A stretch of 64,000 nucleotides of DNA from a virus (lineage: Duplodnaviria; Caudoviricetes). Both the position numbers and the translations under genes were made by a program. The notes under the pieces were generated by a model. It did no database searches and was not told where the DNA came from. It was given only the letters and a program-made list of their open reading frames with translations. Below are positions 59,511 to 64,000 of the stretch, one piece after another (the stretch's first letter is position 1; the number at the start of each line of letters is the position of its first letter). The stretch lies in IMG/VR virus record IMGVR_UViG_3300044835_000064, positions 1,154 through 65,153 of that record, one strand, 5' to 3'.

Positions 59511-60482
59511 TTATTTGGCGTGTTTTGAAGGAGATGGGAACCGTTCTAGATTTGCACTGTCTTTCACAGATTTTGGTCCGATTCTTTCAAGCGCATCCAC
59601 GGCGGCGCGCTTCACTTCGATACGCGTATGTGAATATCTGCGCTTCATCCGGTGCGAGATATGCCCGGCGATGGCCTCTGCTGTCTCTTCGCTCACGTCT
59701 GGATTCTCCAATAGCTTCGTGATGGCGTGATGCCGGAAGCTGTAGCCGGAGATGTGTAGTCCCGCAGTGGTGAGCATTTCATTTAAGGCGTAGCGCCAGC
59801 CCTTTGCCGGCCGCTCGGGATCGTAGAGTCCCTTTCTCACTCGGAACGGAATCAGGTAGTGCAGCGGCTCGGTCGCGCCCAGTTTCGCCGCGCGCGCGAA
59901 CAGATATTCGACGGCGCGCCAGGCACTCGCGTTCAATGGGATCACGCGGATTCGGTGTTCGTTCTTTGCGCCCTCGGGCTGGACGCGCATGGTGTGCTTC
60001 TCAAAGTCAATATCCATGCATCGCAGATGCCTGATCTCGCCTGGCCCGCATGTGGTATTGATGGATAGCACGTAAGCGCAGTAAGCCACGTCCCAGTTCG
60101 GATTGGTTGTCCCGATGCGATAGAGTCTGTCTTCCTCGGCTGGCGTCAGGGCGCGGTGAGGGGATTCCTTTGGCAGCGGCAGCGGTTGGTAGTTCGGCTC
60201 GATATCCTGCCAGCGTCCGATGCGCTTCAACATCTGCTGCAGAACGGAGCATTCCTTGTTGATGCAGGAGGCGCCGGCGCGGGTCATCCGCATGCGCTGG
60301 TAGGCTCGGATCTCGTCCGCGGTAATCTCGGTGAGTTTCATCTCCCCGAAGAAGGCGGTCAGGATCCGGATGTAACTCTCGTAGTCGTGGAAGGTGCGCG
60401 GCGAAATATAGGGCTTACGGGATTCCAGCCAGACGGTTGCGGCTTGCTTACACGGCGACTGCACCAGTGTGAGCGTGCGCAT
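59511..60482 (-). CDS. int: Tyrosine integrase
   Basis: SAM-like N-domain, KN, YSFRH..IT.L, AGH....M..RYSH; the usual first catalytic Arg position reads TTCGPGEI. Confidence 0.88.
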   Translation of the reverse strand: MRTLTLVQSPCKQAATVWLESRKPYISPRTFHDYESYIRILTAFFGEMKLTEITADEIRAYQRMRMTRAGASCINKECSVLQQMLKRIGRWQDIEPNYQPLPLPKESPHRALTPAEEDRLYRIGTTNPNWDVAYCAYVLSINTTCGPGEIRHLRCMDIDFEKHTMRVQPEGAKNEHRIRVIPLNASAWRAVEYLFARAAKLGATEPLHYLIPFRVRKGLYDPERPAKGWRYALNEMLTTAGLHISGYSFRHHAITKLLENPDVSEETAEAIAGHISHRMKRRYSHTRIEVKRAAVDALERIGPKSVKDSANLERFPSPSKHAK

Positions 60483-60910
60483 AACTTCTCCCCAAGGCTC
60501 GGCCCGTTGTTCTGATTCCGTAACTAAAACTTCAAAGTTCGTTACGAATTCAGAACAAGAGAAAGACTTTAGCACTTCGGCCCAGTAAGTCAATACCTTT
60601 GCGGCGAGTTCTTTCGATTTGCCCAAAGTTTTGACTTACCGGAGGCGCGGGGAAAGGCGGACGGGAGTATGCAACCGAGTGCTGGAAAAGGCAATCTTTT
60701 TGTTAGTTAGTGCATAGAATTGACAACGTTAAAAAAGAAAGCGCCCCAGTCACTTCCCGAGAAGTAACACAGGGGGCGCTCGTTCTCCCAGAACCAAGGC
60801 AGGGTTTCCTCCCCCGAGTCCTTCTGCCTGATCTGGGAAAAAGCAGACTAACATTTACTAGGTTGTGGAAGGCAATGGCACGATGGTGTGAGTTGAGTAG
60901 CGCACAAAGT

Positions 60911-61417
60911 TTATTTGCACACCATCATCTGCTTCGAGGAATCGCCCCAGTCGTTTACCATTTGAGTCAATGATGCGAGAGCATATTCAGCCTCTTTCAG
61001 GCCGTCAGCACATGGCGTATTCCTGAAGACGTTGTTGAGGTGAATCTCTACGCACCAGTGGTAGCCAGTGTTCCCGTATATTCTCGACACAACCGAATCT
61101 GGCAACAGAATCTCTTTTTGCCACATGCTGAAATACGGGAAGCGCGACACGAGCTCGCCTGTAGCTTGATCCGGCTTGCACCACTCCGGCAATTCGTGGA
61201 GGCGATTCTCTTCGCGCAACACAAATCTTGCAAGGCTCTCGATCCGCTCGTCGGTGCTGTGCTCGAACCAGACGTGCGGCCACATGTAGCCGTGACCGCA
61301 GCATGATGACGTGGTAATGATGCCCGCCGCATTCAGCGCGTCACAGAGTGGGATGATCTCGGGGTCTAGTTTTTCTTCGTAAGTCGGATCAAAACGAACT
61401 GTCTTCCAGTCGGCCAT
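60911..61417 (-). CDS. TYW3-like domain protein (putative)
   Basis: LD.EI.PL...LN..G..T.SSC.GH motif. Confidence 0.5.
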   Translation of the reverse strand: MADWKTVRFDPTYEEKLDPEIIPLCDALNAAGIITTSSCCGHGYMWPHVWFEHSTDERIESLARFVLREENRLHELPEWCKPDQATGELVSRFPYFSMWQKEILLPDSVVSRIYGNTGYHWCVEIHLNNVFRNTPCADGLKEAEYALASLTQMVNDWGDSSKQMMVCK

Positions 61418-61433
61418 CGTCTGCCTCCAGATT

Positions 61434-61706
61434 TCATTTGCACACCATCATCTGCTTCGACGGATCGTTCGCATCGATGTGGGTTGTCGCGTTCCGGCAG
61501 ATGCAGTCAGCTTTGTTCCCGGATTCGCCGGTGACGGTGCAGTTCCTGATTACCATGTCGCGGGATCGGGCTGGGTGCTGCTTGGGATACTTCTCAGTTG
61601 TCTCAACTGTTGGCGGCGGCGCGTCGGGGACATCGATGACTGTTGCTTTCGGGTGGTAACAGGCCGACATGATGCACATTGCGGCGATGAGATACGTGAG
61701 ACGCAT
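61434..61706 (-). CDS. Small lipoprotein
   Basis: MRLTYLIAAMCIMSA|C. Confidence 0.55.
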   Translation of the reverse strand: MRLTYLIAAMCIMSACYHPKATVIDVPDAPPPTVETTEKYPKQHPARSRDMVIRNCTVTGESGNKADCICRNATTHIDANDPSKQMMVCK

Positions 61707-62077
61707 TAGCTTTCTATTTCCAATGGAAACTCGTTAACATGAGCCATCTGCCAGCCTTCGCACTCCGGTTCCCCGCAATCGCACGGCGCGACCTCTCTGC
61801 CGTGGAGCTTTAACCATTCCACGGTTACTCCGCTGCGTTTCGCATAAGCCGCGGCGAATTCAATGTCGGGTCTCGCACCGGCGCACCATTTTCCACCTTC
61901 GTGCTCTGCTAGGCTGGTCCGCAGAAAGTCAAACGGCTCAGAGACACCACAGCGTTCTAAGCACATCCACGCCCTCTTGACGTGGACACATTCACAGCAA
62001 AGCATCGCGCCGCTTCCCCCGTGGAGAAGTCCGAACTGCCTTAGACAGTGGCCGCACGTCATCAAAACCTTTGCCAT
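61706..62077 (-). CDS. Cys-rich hypothetical protein
   Basis: YA.RSG.TVE.L...PCDCGEPECEGWQM. Confidence 0.6.
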   Translation of the reverse strand: MAKVLMTCGHCLRQFGLLHGGSGAMLCCECVHVKRAWMCLERCGVSEPFDFLRTSLAEHEGGKWCAGARPDIEFAAAYAKRSGVTVEWLKLHGREVAPCDCGEPECEGWQMAHVNEFPLEIES

Positions 62078-62176
62078 TCGTCTCGCCCTCCCCTCGACAC
62101 ATCCATCCTAATCCTGACGCGCCTGTTATACACTTCCTTTCAGATACTCAAACTCATCACTCAAGGGAGACCCTAT

Positions 62177-62428
62177 ATGAATCTCACTCAAGAATTTTCA
62201 CATCTACGCGAGCAGTTCAACAAACTCAACGAAACCATCAGCACACTGGAAACGATTGTTGGCACGAAACACTCTTCACCTGGACGATCAACTGGAAACG
62301 TTCTCGACATGCCAAATACAAGCCCGCGGAAGCCGCACAGAATCTCAAGGGCTGGACGGGCGAGAATTGCGGCGGCGGCGAAGGCACGCTGGGCGAAGGT
62401 GAACGGTGGGCAGAAGAGAGTAGCCTAG
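62177..62428 (+). CDS. Small basic putative DNA-binding protein
   Basis: Coiled N-terminus; ISRAGRARIAAAAKARWAK; GGGAG RBS. Confidence 0.7.
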   Translation: MNLTQEFSHLREQFNKLNETISTLETIVGTKHSSPGRSTGNVLDMPNTSPRKPHRISRAGRARIAAAAKARWAKVNGGQKRVA

Positions 62429-62977
62429 TCAATTTCCGTAATGCGATGTTTGAGGCGAACGGGTGGCTTCTGGCCATCTCTGCCGCGCGAGTGCGACGTA
62501 ACTGCTAGTACCGACCGTGGGGAAGAATGTTCGCACAGACGGTGACAGCCCGGAGAGACGGGCCAACCACAGGGAAGAGGTGAATGCTCTTGATTGCGAA
62601 GCCGCCACACGCGAACTCACTCCAAGCCGAGTTTCGGAAGATTTCAGAGGCGTGGGAGAAGCGAATACTCGCACACAGGCAATGCGAGAAAGACCTTTTA
62701 CTGATCGAGGCGCTTTGGCTGGCCTCTGGATGGTTTGACCTCATGGGATTTAAACACCTCGAACAGACTGGACGTTGTAGCTGCAAATGCTGCCGCAGGG
62801 CGCTCAAGATTCTTAGAGCTGCCGAGGTCAAAGTGATCGGCAAGAACGACATTACCGCATAAGCCAAGTGGCAAATAAACCGTCGTATGGCCTAAAAAGT
62901 GGTACTTCTTCACCCATAATCAGGCGTACACTGTGCGGTAATAGGCTAAATCGTAACTTCTTTGGAGGTAAACCCTA

Positions 62978-63277
62978 ATGACCACAAAGAGTATCTCGAA
63001 CGTCAGCGAACTCAACAAGGAAACCATCGGAGAGATGTACATCCGCTCGCTCTCCAATCCCGAAACCCGCAAGCTTCACCCCGGTCTCAAGCGCGATGGC
63101 CCACAAGGATCTCTGTCGACGCCCGAATTGGAGCGCGACTTCACGGGCTGGTATGGCGGACTGTTCTCGCTATGTCATGCCCTCGATCCGGGAGTCGACT
63201 TGCCCCCGGCGCCAGAAATGGTGCAATACATCACGCAACAGAAGATCAAGCCGGTCAAGCAAGCGATCGCAGCCTAA
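62978..63277 (+). CDS. Hypothetical protein
   Basis: GGAGG RBS. Confidence 0.6.
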   Translation: MTTKSISNVSELNKETIGEMYIRSLSNPETRKLHPGLKRDGPQGSLSTPELERDFTGWYGGLFSLCHALDPGVDLPPAPEMVQYITQQKIKPVKQAIAA

Positions 63278-63720
63278 ACGATCGAAGAAGCGTTGTCACT
63301 GAGCGAACGAACAATTTATACGGGTTGCCGTAGCTCTCCCCCTTTTGGAAAATAAGGTGGCCCGTTGTTTTTCCAAGGATGTATATGGGCGAATGGACTC
63401 ACTCAATCTGCGCGAGGTGCTGGAACGCGAGGAATCCGGATCGCGAACCCGTAGTCATCCGTGAGGAATTTCGCGACGAACGACCTGAGCCTTGCTGTTT
63501 TTGCGGTGCGCAAGAGAACTCCGGAATCTACGTGCGTGAAAATCCGAACAATCTACGATGTAAAGGGAACCACGAGGTAGCGGCATAATGGCGAACGTAG
63601 TCGAACGCTGGCGAGTTCTTTTCCACGGCATGACAGTAGGCGTGTGCTGGATTCGGTTTGAACTGGAACTTGAAACTTATTAGCGGTCCATGGGTCGCTT
63701 GTGAAAAAGGAAGGTGTTCC

Positions 63721-63879
63721 ATGTTCTCTACAATTCTTCTGGTCTTCGCCTTCGTGTTCGCTTCTCTTGCAACTTTTAATGTGGGATTGCCGCGCTGGTC
63801 TCTCGGCTGGGCAAGTCTGGCCTGTTACTTTCTGAGTTTGCTGCTGGGAAGTTTTGGAAATATGGGACACATGCGATGA
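63721..63879 (+). CDS. Small membrane protein
   Basis: Two hydrophobic helices; stop abuts the target duplication. Confidence 0.55.
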   Translation: MFSTILLVFAFVFASLATFNVGLPRWSLGWASLACYFLSLLLGSFGNMGHMR

Positions 63880-63915
63880 GAAATTCGGGTAGTGGGTCAC
63901 CATGATTTCCACAGG
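63880..63915. repeat. Target duplication GAAATTCG (63880-63887) plus left IR of IS1-like element (63888-63915)
   Basis: GGTAGTGGGTCACCATGATTTCCACAGG pairs with 5857-5884. Confidence 0.88.
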
Positions 63916-63952
63916 TGATGCGCTCTGCCGCGATCCGTGGCATGATTGAACC

Positions 63953-64000
63953 ATGCCGAAGAAGTCCGCACCAAAGCGCGACTTTATGCAGACAGCTCGA
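63953..64000 (+). CDS. Start of transposon-associated small protein (MPKKSAPKRDFMQTAR), cut by window edge
   Basis: ATG 38 bp inside the left IR; resembles N-termini of the basic-protein family at 130. Confidence 0.5.
   Translation, partial: MPKKSAPKRDFMQTAR

Larger units (their letters stand above)
5885..63887. mobile_element. Temperate siphovirus genome (HK97-like head), apparently complete and circularly permuted
   Basis: Terminase, portal, protease, capsid, tail, lysis, early genes, integrase and attP, bounded by identical 8-mers. Confidence 0.9.

Noticed and set aside
60483-60626. N-terminal extension of integrase from TTG 60626
   Set aside because: ATG at 60482 has a GGAG RBS and begins the recognisable domain
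5885-63887. Stop-codon reassignment
   Set aside because: Core genes are full length in the standard code and all three stops are used
1-64000. CRISPR array, diversity-generating retroelement or retron
   Set aside because: No regularly spaced repeat array and no reverse transcriptase motifs seen; the 87-bp repeat differences are not adenine-specific

Overview
The window holds an apparently complete temperate siphovirus genome of about 58 kb (5885-63887) with an HK97-type head and a long non-contractile tail. The host is probably an Acidobacteriota-like bacterium (inference from gene style only). A nested transposon cluster carrying toxin-antitoxin cargo occupies 1-5884. The phage is bracketed by a 28-bp transposon inverted-repeat pair, each adjoining the 8-bp duplication GAAATTCG, and its tRNA-Arg-type attP lies uninterrupted inside the genome. 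It is therefore either a circular genome opened inside an IS or an IS-mediated cointegrate, not an integrase-made prophage. The strongest candidate for a new system is a glycosylation kit inside the virion operon: a HAD phosphatase, five glycosyltransferase domains (four GT31/Fringe-like) and an FkbM methyltransferase flank the major capsid and neck genes, next to a family of signal-peptide-bearing paralogs of a head-module protein. Other notable signals: two genes that seem to start at ATA overlapping the upstream TAA, a radical-SAM enzyme carrying the termini of a DNA methyltransferase, short direct repeats marking gene insertions in the early region, and no recognisable replication or repressor module. 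All protein assignments are from motif recognition by eye; no database searches were run.
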